A stretch of 64,000 nucleotides of DNA from an uncultured Gammaproteobacteria bacterium. GTDB lineage: Bacteria > Patescibacteriota > Patescibacteriia > UBA1558 > 2-01-FULL-52-15. The position numbers and the translations under genes are program-made. The notes beneath the pieces are model-generated. The model saw only the letters and a list, made by a program, of their open reading frames with translations. It ran no database searches and had not been told where the DNA came from. Below are positions 39,322 through 48,073 of the stretch, piece by piece. Position 1 is the stretch's first letter; each line of letters starts with the position of its first letter. The DNA is taken from assembly GCA_964517065.1 (NCBI GenBank), contig CAZFBK010000001.1, forward strand, positions 41,734-105,733, given 5' to 3'.

Positions 39322-40110
39322 CTACTGTAAACTCTTAATTAAATCTTTCAGATCACTCGGAGGCAAGCGGTTCACTTCACTTTCTTTCAGACCTGCTTGT
39401 ACCAGAAATGTCCGCATGTCAGCCTCACTCAAACTATCGACATCAATAGGCTCTGACTGTAGATCAGCTGCTCGCACGATAGCGTCCATATAGACCAAAA
39501 GCGTATCATCGCTCAAATCATCCAAGGTCGCCTGATCCATACCGCTCTGGAGTAAAATACCGCGGAACTCTTTCAACGTTGCGTCTTTCAGACTTTGATT
39601 GGCGGGGCTGAATTCGGGTAATAAATCCGATAGTTTAGTATCAGGATTGATGAGACGAATCGTACGACAAGTCTCTCCGGTCTTACAGTTAGGATCTGTG
39701 CCTTTTTTGATCTCTGAGCCATCGGGAATACCGTCGCCATCAGTGTCTTTGAGATACGGACTGGTGTTATAGGTATAGACTTCATCATAATCACTTAAGC
39801 TATCGCCGTCAGTGTCCTTCTGCTTCAAAGCATCGGTGATCGCTGGATCAGTGGAGCTGGCCGTGGCGGCGATTTGCTTGATGTCAACTTTGAAAGGGCT
39901 AGTAATACCGTTGGTAATCAGCCAGCCTGCCAGTACCAGTGAGCTGAATCCGCAAAGACTGATCAGGAAAATAATAATTTTGGTGCCTCGATCCATCGGA
40001 GCGCGTCCTCTGATCTGAAGATATGAAGAACCACCTTCCTCAGTCTGGGGTGTGACTTCCTCAGGAATTAATTCTGCCTCTACTTGATTTGTTGGCGACA
40101 TGGAAACCAA
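39322..40110 (-). CDS. Membrane-anchored calcium-binding protein with thrombospondin type-3-like repeats (DxDxDGxxDxxE)
   Basis: TM segment IIFLISLCGFSSLVLAGWLI. DTDGDSLSDYDEV and DTDGDGIPDGSEI repeats. First gene of the operon, 4 bp upstream of the giant gene. Confidence 0.6.
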   Translation of the reverse strand: MVSMSPTNQVEAELIPEEVTPQTEEGGSSYLQIRGRAPMDRGTKIIIFLISLCGFSSLVLAGWLITNGITSPFKVDIKQIAATASSTDPAITDALKQKDTDGDSLSDYDEVYTYNTSPYLKDTDGDGIPDGSEIKKGTDPNCKTGETCRTIRLINPDTKLSDLLPEFSPANQSLKDATLKEFRGILLQSGMDQATLDDLSDDTLLVYMDAIVRAADLQSEPIDVDSLSEADMRTFLVQAGLKESEVNRLPPSDLKDLIKSLQ

Positions 40111-40123
40111 AAGTGTGTTTACC

Positions 40124-40232
40124 CCGCACCACTTTCGCTCAGCACTTTCAATATATTAGCGAAAACGATTGGAGCTTTACTTAAAATAATATCTCTACAT
40201 AACAGTCGGCAGTAGAAAGGTGGTGCGGGGTT
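40124..40232. promoter_or_regulatory. Long inverted repeat (15-bp arms CCCCGCACCACTTTC / GAAAGGTGGTGCGGGG) in the leader of the TSP3/giant-protein operon
   Basis: Perfect 15-16-bp arms separated by about 75 nt, immediately upstream of the start codon at 40110. Confidence 0.4.
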
Positions 40233-40324
40233 AAAAAATCTTTTATATTATAGCATGTTTCCGTCGCCACTGCCAAATATTTCACTACATGGGCGTAATA
40301 CGTAATTCGTAATACTAAGTTAGC

Positions 40325-40390
40325 ACCCACTTGGTTTCTGCGAGCCGCACTGGGCGAAGCAGTCTAGTCTATATATTGAGTAGTTTTTAT
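40325..40390. repeat. About 70-bp dispersed repeat, copy B
   Basis: ACCCACTTGGTTTCTGCGAG...GCAGTCTAG...TATATTGAGTAGTTT matches 25913-25986. A TTTCGCAATAACC 13-mer at 40428 matches TTTCGCAATACC at 25901. Confidence 0.6.
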
Positions 40391-40489
40391 AAGGAGGTTA
40401 TTAGAGATTGCTTCAATCGAGTACGAGTTTCGCAATAACCAGGACTGGGCCATAGTTTTGAATTTCTATATTTGAACTTGTTTACCCGC

Positions 40490-40526
40490 CCGCCTGCGAA
40501 GCGCAGCGAGTCGGGCGGGGAACTTA
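40490..40526 (-). terminator. GC-rich hairpin downstream of ksgA
   Basis: CCCGCCCG..CTGCGAAGCGCAG..CGGGCGGG nested hairpin directly after the ksgA stop. Confidence 0.5.
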
Positions 40527-40537
40527 GGATTTTGAAC

Positions 40538-41380
40538 TTAGAGTTTCTTGTTTACACTCAGAGTTATCCAATCAGATAACTCTAAATCCTGCGCCCTTAT
40601 CTTCACCGAAAGTTTACAAGCTAATAGCCACTCCTCCACCTCGGGCTTGGCTAATTTCAACCCAGCTGAGAGATTATTTACGAGAGTTTTGCGCCGTGAG
40701 CTGAAGCCAATACGGATCAGCTGCCAGACTTCTTCCTCGGGCGCTTGATAGTTCCAATGATGAAGCTGCTCGATGACCAACAAAGCAGAATCAACAGCTG
40801 GTGCAGGCCAGAAAGCCTTGCGTGAGACGATACGAGCGACCTTCGCCTGTCCGTAGAACTGTACTCCCAGAGACTGCTTGCTGTGATCACCGGCTTTGGC
40901 GACTATTTTCTCGGCTACTTCTTTTTGTACCAATAAGACAATAGTTGTAGGCAGCTGTTCAAATGAAAATAACTGACTAATAATCTTGCCTGTGATGTAA
41001 TACGGGATATTGGCGACAACTTTATAGCTCTGATTCTGCCTCAGAGCCAAAGCCTGATACAGCTCTGCCGGTTCAAGCTTGAGAAAATCATTTTTAATCA
41101 CTGTCAGATTTTCGTACTCTTCCGTTAACGAATCTAACAAAGGAAAAAGTCTGCGGTCCGACTCAATTCCCACGACCCGCGCTACTCGACGCGCCAGAGC
41201 AGTCGTCAGCGTACCCAGACCACTGCCTATTTCTAAAACAGTATCTTCAGGCTTAATCCCACCGACACGCAAACTATCCGCCACTACTGTCTCGTCAATC
41301 AAAAAATTCTGACCGCGATCAGTATCTGGCCGTAGTCGATAACGCTTGGCTAATAGCTGTGTTTCTTCTAATAAGCTCAT
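40538..41380 (-). CDS. rsmA: 16S rRNA (adenine1518/1519-N6)-dimethyltransferase
   Basis: GQNFLIDETVV and VLEIGSGLGTLT motifs. Confidence 0.85.
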   Translation of the reverse strand: MSLLEETQLLAKRYRLRPDTDRGQNFLIDETVVADSLRVGGIKPEDTVLEIGSGLGTLTTALARRVARVVGIESDRRLFPLLDSLTEEYENLTVIKNDFLKLEPAELYQALALRQNQSYKVVANIPYYITGKIISQLFSFEQLPTTIVLLVQKEVAEKIVAKAGDHSKQSLGVQFYGQAKVARIVSRKAFWPAPAVDSALLVIEQLHHWNYQAPEEEVWQLIRIGFSSRRKTLVNNLSAGLKLAKPEVEEWLLACKLSVKIRAQDLELSDWITLSVNKKL

Positions 41381-42543
41381 AACAATAAATAAAGGAAGGA
41401 AGCTAGCCCCGCAACAATGAAGCTAATAGCAAAAGCCGACTGAACATCAGTCACAAACATAAAGATAACCGACAAAAGCATGATGATGAGCAACTTACCA
41501 ACTACCAGACCAGATTCAAACTTTACAATACTTTCTAAAATACTTGTGCGCTTGGCTCGACTATAAGTAATGGAGGTCAGGGTGACAGAGATAATATTTT
41601 TAGCCAGCCACGACAGTGAGCCAGCCAGAAATACTCCTGTAACCGTTCGCACGATCAGCTTGATAAACCAACTAAAAGCATAGATGACGGTACCAAGTCG
41701 CAAAACTGGATGGCGATGATGATGATCTGACCACCTACCTGCTATCATTGTCACGGCGACAGAGACCAAAACGGTAGCTCCGATGACTACACCGACATCA
41801 AATTCATTAACGATCATTATAGAGATAAAAATCGGCCACAGAACTAGAGCTACAAACTCTTCGGCAAATCCCATGTAGGCAAACAGCTGTCGACGATTAG
41901 CCACAGAAAATAGCTCTATAAATGAATGACGGTAGGAAAAGCTCGTTGGCTGGAATTTTTCGGGTGAGCTGAGTAAGGGAATATTTGATAATAAAAAGAT
42001 GATGGAAACAACGAGGAACATTAGAGGATAGCCGCCCAATAAAATCAGTACGCCAGCCGCGACAGGCCCAAGAATGAATAATAACGAGGTTGCTACCGTC
42101 AGCGTGCTGATCTCCCGAGCGTTCTCTATCTCTTTTATGTTCTGAGCAAAATCAGCATGAAAAGCGGGCCAATAAAACATTTTTTGTAGGGCATAAAGTA
42201 ACGCAGCTACATAAAAAAGTGGCGCATAGACAGGTATAGCAAATAAAGATAGGTAGAGCGCTACCATGAACACCGTACTTATAACAATGCTCTTTTCATT
42301 ACCATAGCGAGCAGTAAACTTCGCACCCAATGGAATCAACAAGAGATACAAAGCGTAGACAATGCCATAGAATAATAAAATCCACTGTAAATCATAGCCA
42401 ATACTATAAAGGTAGATCGGTTCAAACATCTGCACCATGGCCAAACCAAGGTTCATCAAAATAGTAGAGAGGTAGAGTTCTTTCACCTCTCGGCGCATTT
42501 GGTGTGGTAGAAAGGTGCCGAGATAACGGATTCTACGATGCAT
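41377..42543 (-). CDS. Multi-pass membrane transporter, MFS-like
   Basis: 388 aa with about 10-12 predicted TM helices. No specific signature identified. Confidence 0.5.
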   Translation of the reverse strand: MHRRIRYLGTFLPHQMRREVKELYLSTILMNLGLAMVQMFEPIYLYSIGYDLQWILLFYGIVYALYLLLIPLGAKFTARYGNEKSIVISTVFMVALYLSLFAIPVYAPLFYVAALLYALQKMFYWPAFHADFAQNIKEIENAREISTLTVATSLLFILGPVAAGVLILLGGYPLMFLVVSIIFLLSNIPLLSSPEKFQPTSFSYRHSFIELFSVANRRQLFAYMGFAEEFVALVLWPIFISIMIVNEFDVGVVIGATVLVSVAVTMIAGRWSDHHHRHPVLRLGTVIYAFSWFIKLIVRTVTGVFLAGSLSWLAKNIISVTLTSITYSRAKRTSILESIVKFESGLVVGKLLIIMLLSVIFMFVTDVQSAFAISFIVAGLASFLYLLL

Positions 42544-43159
42544 AGTATGATTTCGGGATGATAATGCTACCTGCGCGCAGGATCTCTAAACCACTATCGC
42601 TAATCCTGACAATGGTGCTCGCCGGCTGTTTTATTAATTCACCGGCATCGATGATCAGATCGGGTACGGATGATCTATTGGACAGCTGTGCGATCATATC
42701 TTTAACGCTATAAACGGCTGGTTGGCCGGCAATATTTGCAGAAGTAGAGATCAATGGCCGTGCCACAATACGAGACAAATCATGAGCCAGTGGATGTGAA
42801 GAAATACGCAATGCCAAAGAATCTGAACTAAAAAAACAATTAATCGTCAAAAATTGCAGGGGTAAGACCAAAGTCAATGGACCGGGCCAAAACTTCTGAG
42901 CCAACCGATCGGCTACCGGCGTAAACCTCACCAAGACACGCGCTTGATGTTCTGTACCAACGATAACTGGGAAAGACTTGTCTTTGGGGCGAGATTTGAT
43001 CGCCAAAATTCTTTTGTAGGCTTTGTCAGAAAAAAAGTCACCACCAAGCGCGTAAGAAGTCTCTGTCGGGTAGACTACCGTACCACCACGCTCGATCACT
43101 TCCTGTGCCATAGCCAATACCTGCGGGCGGTTATTAGAATTTAGTTTGATAATCTGCAT
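42533..43159 (-). CDS. tsaC: L-threonylcarbamoyladenylate synthase TsaC/YrdC family
   Basis: VVYPTETSYALGGD motif. Start trimmed to the internal Met (MQIIKLNS...), so the ORF no longer overlaps tsaE. Confidence 0.75.
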   Translation of the reverse strand: MQIIKLNSNNRPQVLAMAQEVIERGGTVVYPTETSYALGGDFFSDKAYKRILAIKSRPKDKSFPVIVGTEHQARVLVRFTPVADRLAQKFWPGPLTLVLPLQFLTINCFFSSDSLALRISSHPLAHDLSRIVARPLISTSANIAGQPAVYSVKDMIAQLSNRSSVPDLIIDAGELIKQPASTIVRISDSGLEILRAGSIIIPKSYYAS

Positions 43160-43226
43160 GAAAAAAAGTTCGGGCGATTCATGAATCTCCCTAATAGTAT
43201 AGCATGTCTCTCTTATTTTTGATTTT

Positions 43227-43655
43227 TCAATTGAGCAAAATTGCCCGCTCCGTCTCACTGCGTTGTTCCACTTGAATACGGATCACCCCATGCGGCAAAA
43301 TCTCCTTCACGGTATCACCCCACTCGATGAGCACCACGGTATCAGGCTGTCCTAGATAATCTCCCAGACCAATATTTAATAATTCTGCATGTCCAGCCAG
43401 ACGGTAAGCATCGACATGCACCAGATTTTGGATCTTACCCCTACGACGAACTGGGTACACCTTCATCAAAACGAACGTCGGACTGTTGACCACTTCTGTC
43501 ACGCCTAAACCTTTGGCGATCGCTTTGCTGATCACCGTCTTGCCAGCACCAAGATTACCTTCCAAAGAAATAACCTCCCCACCTTTCAAGGTGATAGCGA
43601 ATTTCTTGGCCCAGGCGATCGTGGCTTTTTCTGATGGTGAAATAAATTTATTCAT
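43227..43655 (-). CDS. tsaE: tRNA threonylcarbamoyladenosine biosynthesis ATPase TsaE
   Basis: P-loop GNLGAGKTVISKAIAKGLGV...VNSPTF. Confidence 0.8.
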   Translation of the reverse strand: MNKFISPSEKATIAWAKKFAITLKGGEVISLEGNLGAGKTVISKAIAKGLGVTEVVNSPTFVLMKVYPVRRRGKIQNLVHVDAYRLAGHAELLNIGLGDYLGQPDTVVLIEWGDTVKEILPHGVIRIQVEQRSETERAILLN

Positions 43656-43732
43656 ATTGTTCCCGTAGGGACAGGTCCTCGCCTCGCTAAAGCTTAGGCG
43701 CAGCGGGGCGGCCTATCCCTACAAAATGCAGT

Positions 43733-44788
43733 TCATGAATTGCCCAAACGCATTTGTGGATTAAATCGCAACGTCTTCCAATTAGTTTTCTGACCTTTAT
43801 CCTGACGATGGTAATAAGCCGCAGCAGCGATCATTGCAGCGTTATCACCGGTGAATTCTAATCGCGGAATCAGAACGGGCAATTCATGAATTGCCCCGAG
43901 CGCGCGCATCCTATTTCCTAATTCCTTATTGGCACTAACACCACCAACAACCATCAATGATTTTACCTGATACTTCAACGCTGCTTTTTCTGCTTTTTTT
44001 ACCAAGACATCACAGACAGCTGCTTGAAATGAGGCACAAATATTATTAATCTCCGGCACGGGCAATTCATGAATTGCCCCGCCGTTTTTCACCTGCTTCT
44101 GCACATAATACAGAACCGCTGTCTTCAGCCCCGCGAAACTAAAATCAAAATTATTCTTATTCAACATCGGCCGTGGGAAATCAATCGCCGTCGGATCACC
44201 GTCCAATGCCCGTTTGGAAACAATCGGTCCACCCGGATATCCAAGATTCAGGATCTTCGCCACCTTGTCGAAAGCTTCACCAGCCGCATCATCCAGTGTC
44301 TGCCCTATCAATTGATACTGCCCATGACCCTTCATCAAAACTAATTCTGTGTGTCCGCCAGAAACAACTAAGGCTAACGACGGAAATATCTTCTTATCCT
44401 CTTTGAATAGCTCCAGATAGGTCAGCCAGTTGGCATAGATATGCGCTTCCATATGATTGATCGGCTGTAGTGGTTTGTTCAATGCTAAGGCTAAAGCTTT
44501 GGCTGTCTCAGTACCGACCATCAGCGACGTGATCAAACCGGGTCCGGCCGTGACGGCGAAAAGATCCGCCTGCTTGATAGCTTTCAGTCCGATACTTTTG
44601 TCTAACAATGGCAATAGAACTTCTAAATGCATACGCGCTGCCATTTCTGGCACTACTCCACCGTATTTCGAATGAGTCGTAGCCTGTGAGGCGATGATAT
44701 GTTGCTGCAAATCAAAACCAACCTTAGTGACATTCAATAAAGCAAAAGATGTTTCATCACAGGATGTCTCGATAGCAAATATCTTCAT
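43733..44788 (-). CDS. tsaD: tRNA N6-adenosine threonylcarbamoyltransferase TsaD (Kae1/YgjD family). Carries in-frame palindromic insertions.
   Basis: MKIFAIETSCDETS N-terminus, FSFAGLKTAV, and C-terminal EFTGDNAAMIA. Start set at the internal Met; the ORF extends upstream to 44950. Two GAIHELPV insertions are encoded by a 20-bp palindrome. Confidence 0.8.
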   Translation of the reverse strand: MKIFAIETSCDETSFALLNVTKVGFDLQQHIIASQATTHSKYGGVVPEMAARMHLEVLLPLLDKSIGLKAIKQADLFAVTAGPGLITSLMVGTETAKALALALNKPLQPINHMEAHIYANWLTYLELFKEDKKIFPSLALVVSGGHTELVLMKGHGQYQLIGQTLDDAAGEAFDKVAKILNLGYPGGPIVSKRALDGDPTAIDFPRPMLNKNNFDFSFAGLKTAVLYYVQKQVKNGGAIHELPVPEINNICASFQAAVCDVLVKKAEKAALKYQVKSLMVVGGVSANKELGNRMRALGAIHELPVLIPRLEFTGDNAAMIAAAAYYHRQDKGQKTNWKTLRFNPQMRLGNS

Positions 44789-44864
44789 CAGAGAATAATA
44801 ACAGTTTTTAAAAAAGAAGTCCCCCGCCGTGATGCTGGCGGAGGACTTGTGGACTAGTGAACGC

Positions 44865-45140
44865 TCAGCACGTCGCATTGCGCCGATTGCACTGAACGGT
44901 GCCGTCGAAAACTTCGATGAACCCGCCCACCTTGAGCTCATCCAGATCAACCTGCATCAGACCAGACAGTATATCATCTTGGCCGTCGGTCGTGATGTAG
45001 ACTTGATCAAGTCCCTCATGTTGTGAGCGGGAATTGACCAGATAAGCCACCACTTCACCGATAAAAACCGGACGTCGTGGTGTCAGTGTTTGGATGACCG
45101 CCAACAACTTTTGCTGGCGGTCTTTCACGGGATTGGTCAC
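44865..45140 (-). CDS. Hypothetical small protein (GC-rich island, translationally coupled to the upstream ORF)
   Basis: 91-aa ORF. Local GC clearly above the genome background. ATGA overlap with the 135-aa ORF. Confidence 0.3.
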   Translation of the reverse strand: MTNPVKDRQQKLLAVIQTLTPRRPVFIGEVVAYLVNSRSQHEGLDQVYITTDGQDDILSGLMQVDLDELKVGGFIEVFDGTVQCNRRNATC

Positions 45141-45544
45141 GCTGTCTCTCCTGATGTAGAGGTCCTCCTCCGAACCTGCGGTCTTGTCAGTCGCCTAGAG
45201 GCCTTGATACAAGCCAATAGTTGTTTGACTAACTCCTCAAACCCTGCGACGAGTGGAACATCTTTGGCCGCCAGCTGCCCCATCTCGGTCGACGTCAGTG
45301 GCAGATCATGCCGCCATTCAAGATGCCCCACCGCAGGTTGCCGCAGACTAGTGACAGCACTCATAACCCGTGCTTGATTCATTTGGAGCGGCGGCGACTG
45401 ATGCGACAGAATCTGAGCAATCTGAGCACTTGTCGGATTTCTACCCTCCTGCTCGCAGGCAATCACGAGCTGCAAAACGAACATATCCCGATCCACTAAA
45501 ACAGTCGGCTGTGACGCCTTACCTGCCGCATCGTCGTTCTTCAT
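45137..45544 (-). CDS. Hypothetical small protein (GC-rich island)
   Basis: 135-aa ORF. No recognisable motif. Coupled to the 91-aa ORF. Confidence 0.3.
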   Translation of the reverse strand: MKNDDAAGKASQPTVLVDRDMFVLQLVIACEQEGRNPTSAQIAQILSHQSPPLQMNQARVMSAVTSLRQPAVGHLEWRHDLPLTSTEMGQLAAKDVPLVAGFEELVKQLLACIKASRRLTRPQVRRRTSTSGETA

Positions 45545-45670
45545 CAGACTCAGACCTCCAGATTATTGGACGCTCTCCCAAAAGGGAATAGTAAACGCAA
45601 AATGAACTTCGTAAGACCCTGCACTATACCCAAATAATCGCTCCGAGTCAAGCTGTGCTAGAATATCCCT

Positions 45671-46204
45671 ATGTCTGAAATAATCCCCTATCAAATCAAA
45701 CGAAGCAGCCGAGCGCGTCACGCTCGACTGACGATAACGGCTGATAAGAAATTAACCGTAACACTGCCGTTACGGGCGCCACTGTCATTGGCCGAGACCT
45801 TAGTAGCTCAGCACAGAAACTGGATTATCAAACATCTTTTGCGCACGCGACCGGAACGAATCAGCCTGCCGAGCGGACGCGCTGACTATCTGCAAAATAA
45901 ACATCAGGCACTCTCTCTGGTACGAGAACGCTTACACTTTTTCAATCAGCATTATGGCCTGCATTGGAAAAGCATCTCAATCAAAAATGCCACCACCCGC
46001 TGGGGCAGCTGCTCACGATTGAAAAATCTTAATTTCAATTATAAAATTGTCTATCTGCCGTCGGAGCTGCAGGACTATCTGATCGTGCACGAGCTCTGTC
46101 ATTTACAGGAAATGAACCACGGCAGGAAATTCTGGAACTTAGTCAGAGAAATGATACCCGATCACGTCAGACGCAGACAGGCCATGAGAAAATATTCATT
46201 ATAA
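45671..46204 (+). CDS. YgjP-like metal-dependent hydrolase (DUF45 / WLM-like HExxH)
   Basis: YLIVHELCHLQEMNHGRKFW motif characteristic of DUF45. Confidence 0.7.
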   Translation: MSEIIPYQIKRSSRARHARLTITADKKLTVTLPLRAPLSLAETLVAQHRNWIIKHLLRTRPERISLPSGRADYLQNKHQALSLVRERLHFFNQHYGLHWKSISIKNATTRWGSCSRLKNLNFNYKIVYLPSELQDYLIVHELCHLQEMNHGRKFWNLVREMIPDHVRRRQAMRKYSL

Positions 46205-46268
46205 AAAAGGTCCCCGCTCCACCGAGATGGACGAGGACCGTGTGACACGCGTAGCAGGTGAGGCTGCA

Positions 46269-46904
46269 TCACTTCAGCTTGGTGACATCGACGCGTTCAA
46301 TGCCCACATGATGCACTGGCGTCGGTGAATAGGATCTTTTCATCCGGCGAATCAGCTGAGGCACCACGTAGTTGAAGGTTAGAGGCAAAGCGCCAAACTG
46401 ACTCCGATACGCAGCCGAGCCGGACTTGCGTATCATCAATCCGTTATCCGGTCTTTGTACGATTATGCCCTGAGCGATCAAAAATTCCAAATCGCTCAAG
46501 AAGAGCTGAGTTGGTATAACGGTGAGAAAATAGTCAGACGGAAAGAACGACTGAACCAGACCCTTTTGTAGTCTCAAAGCGCACCACAGATGGGCCGTGG
46601 AAACAAACCTACCGGTTGACAGCGAGTATTCCTTCTCTACCACTTCGAGTATCAGAAAGAGAACCTGAGCCGAAGTCAGGTTTGGCTGCATGACAGACTC
46701 CTGATGGACAGCTGCCGGCGCAGATCCTGATGCACCTATCTGCAAAAACACCTTCCTACGTTGGACCTCGCCATCTTGGGGTATCATCGCTACACCTCCG
46801 GTTGATACAACGAACTGACTGCCATGAGCTGACTCTTGGCGTTTCAAGCTGAGCGTATGATAAGCGATGATGACTGTCAACAATAAGGAAGGCTCTTGTT
46901 TCAT
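46269..46904 (-). CDS. Hypothetical secreted protein
   Basis: 211-aa ORF with an N-terminal hydrophobic segment. GC elevated. No motif. Confidence 0.35.
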   Translation of the reverse strand: MKQEPSLLLTVIIAYHTLSLKRQESAHGSQFVVSTGGVAMIPQDGEVQRRKVFLQIGASGSAPAAVHQESVMQPNLTSAQVLFLILEVVEKEYSLSTGRFVSTAHLWCALRLQKGLVQSFFPSDYFLTVIPTQLFLSDLEFLIAQGIIVQRPDNGLMIRKSGSAAYRSQFGALPLTFNYVVPQLIRRMKRSYSPTPVHHVGIERVDVTKLK

Positions 46905-47005
46905 CTGACAACATTGACTATTAGTCAGTTTTATTTTATGCTAGCTGGGATTTTCACCGGCTAACGAGCAGTTTATTAGCGAAAAATCATCATAATCGCC
47001 GCTAA

Positions 47006-47080
47006 GGCCCTATCGTCTAATGGTTAGGACACCAGGTTTTCATCCTGGCAATGGGGGTTCAATTCCCCCTGGGGTCACCA
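47006..47080 (+). tRNA. tRNA-Glu (anticodon TTC), CCA encoded
   Basis: Acceptor stem GGCCCTA/TGGGGTC. T-arm GGGGGTTCAATTCCCCC. Anticodon loop TTTTCAT. 75 nt. Confidence 0.8.
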
Positions 47081-47244
47081 CCCTGCGCTCGCAGAGCGAG
47101 CTTCGGGTGGCTTGTAGCCACACGATGAAGCGGAGCTTCAAGCAGGGTAGTCACCTGAAGCTTTAGCGAAAGGTGACAATATAAAAAAGCCATATAGGCT
47201 GTTTTTTTGTTGCAGTCCATAGTGATTTACTCTATAATAGAGCC

Positions 47245-47853
47245 ATGTTCAAAAAGAAAAAAGATAAAAAAATAGCCAAAGAAACGTTGCCTGAGATGAC
47301 CACTGCTTCTGGTGAGGAGCGCGATTTTTTCTATAACCTAGACGAGATCGAGGCCGAGACTGACCGCAAGAAACGCGAAGCAGTACCGGCTGAAGACGAA
47401 TCCGACGAGGAAATTATCGTAGAAGAAGTCACTCCTCGAGAGGAGATAATAGAGGCCAATACAGACTTACCCGTATCAGATGATTCAGACGACGGAGATG
47501 AACAAGATTGGGTGACCGAAGATGATAAGCTCCCTATTGATGTCTATCAGGATCATTACAATATCTACATCATGTCTCCTATGCCCGGCGTAGAGACAGA
47601 TGATATTGATGTTAATATCAATAACGACATGGTCACTATCCGAGGACGACGTCGCGAGCAGACAGAGACTCATGAAGATGATTTCTTTTTCCGTGAATGC
47701 TATTGGGGTAATGTCAGTCGTTCAGTGATACTACCGGTAGAGATAGATCCGGAGAAGGTTGAAGCTACTTTGAAAAACGGTATCTTAACCGTCACCCTAC
47801 CAAAAGTAGGCACGGGGCGCGATATAACAATTAACGTTAGAAGTGAGGATTAA
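47245..47853 (+). CDS. Hsp20/alpha-crystallin family small heat-shock protein with an acidic N-terminal extension
   Basis: DVYQDHYNIYIMSPMPGVETDDIDVNINNDMVTIRG ... GILTVTLPK alpha-crystallin domain. Confidence 0.8.
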   Translation: MFKKKKDKKIAKETLPEMTTASGEERDFFYNLDEIEAETDRKKREAVPAEDESDEEIIVEEVTPREEIIEANTDLPVSDDSDDGDEQDWVTEDDKLPIDVYQDHYNIYIMSPMPGVETDDIDVNINNDMVTIRGRRREQTETHEDDFFFRECYWGNVSRSVILPVEIDPEKVEATLKNGILTVTLPKVGTGRDITINVRSED

Positions 47854-48073
47854 TCCTATGCTTATCCGCAATATTAAATTAACCGTAGATGCCAGTTCCA
47901 ACAGCAAAGAAACTATCTTAGTGACTGAGCTGAATCAAAAAGTAATCATCAATGCTGATCTAGCTGAAGGTTTACAATCTGGCGACACTGTCTTCCTTTG
48001 TGCTGACCGTCAGCCCATCAATGTCTCCGAACAATTAGCCAAAGACGTACTCAATGAACTCATTAACGAATAG
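47843..48073 (+). CDS. Small hypothetical protein
   Basis: 76-aa ORF overlapping its neighbours by about 10-20 bp. No motif. Confidence 0.3.
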   Translation: MRINPMLIRNIKLTVDASSNSKETILVTELNQKVIINADLAEGLQSGDTVFLCADRQPINVSEQLAKDVLNELINE

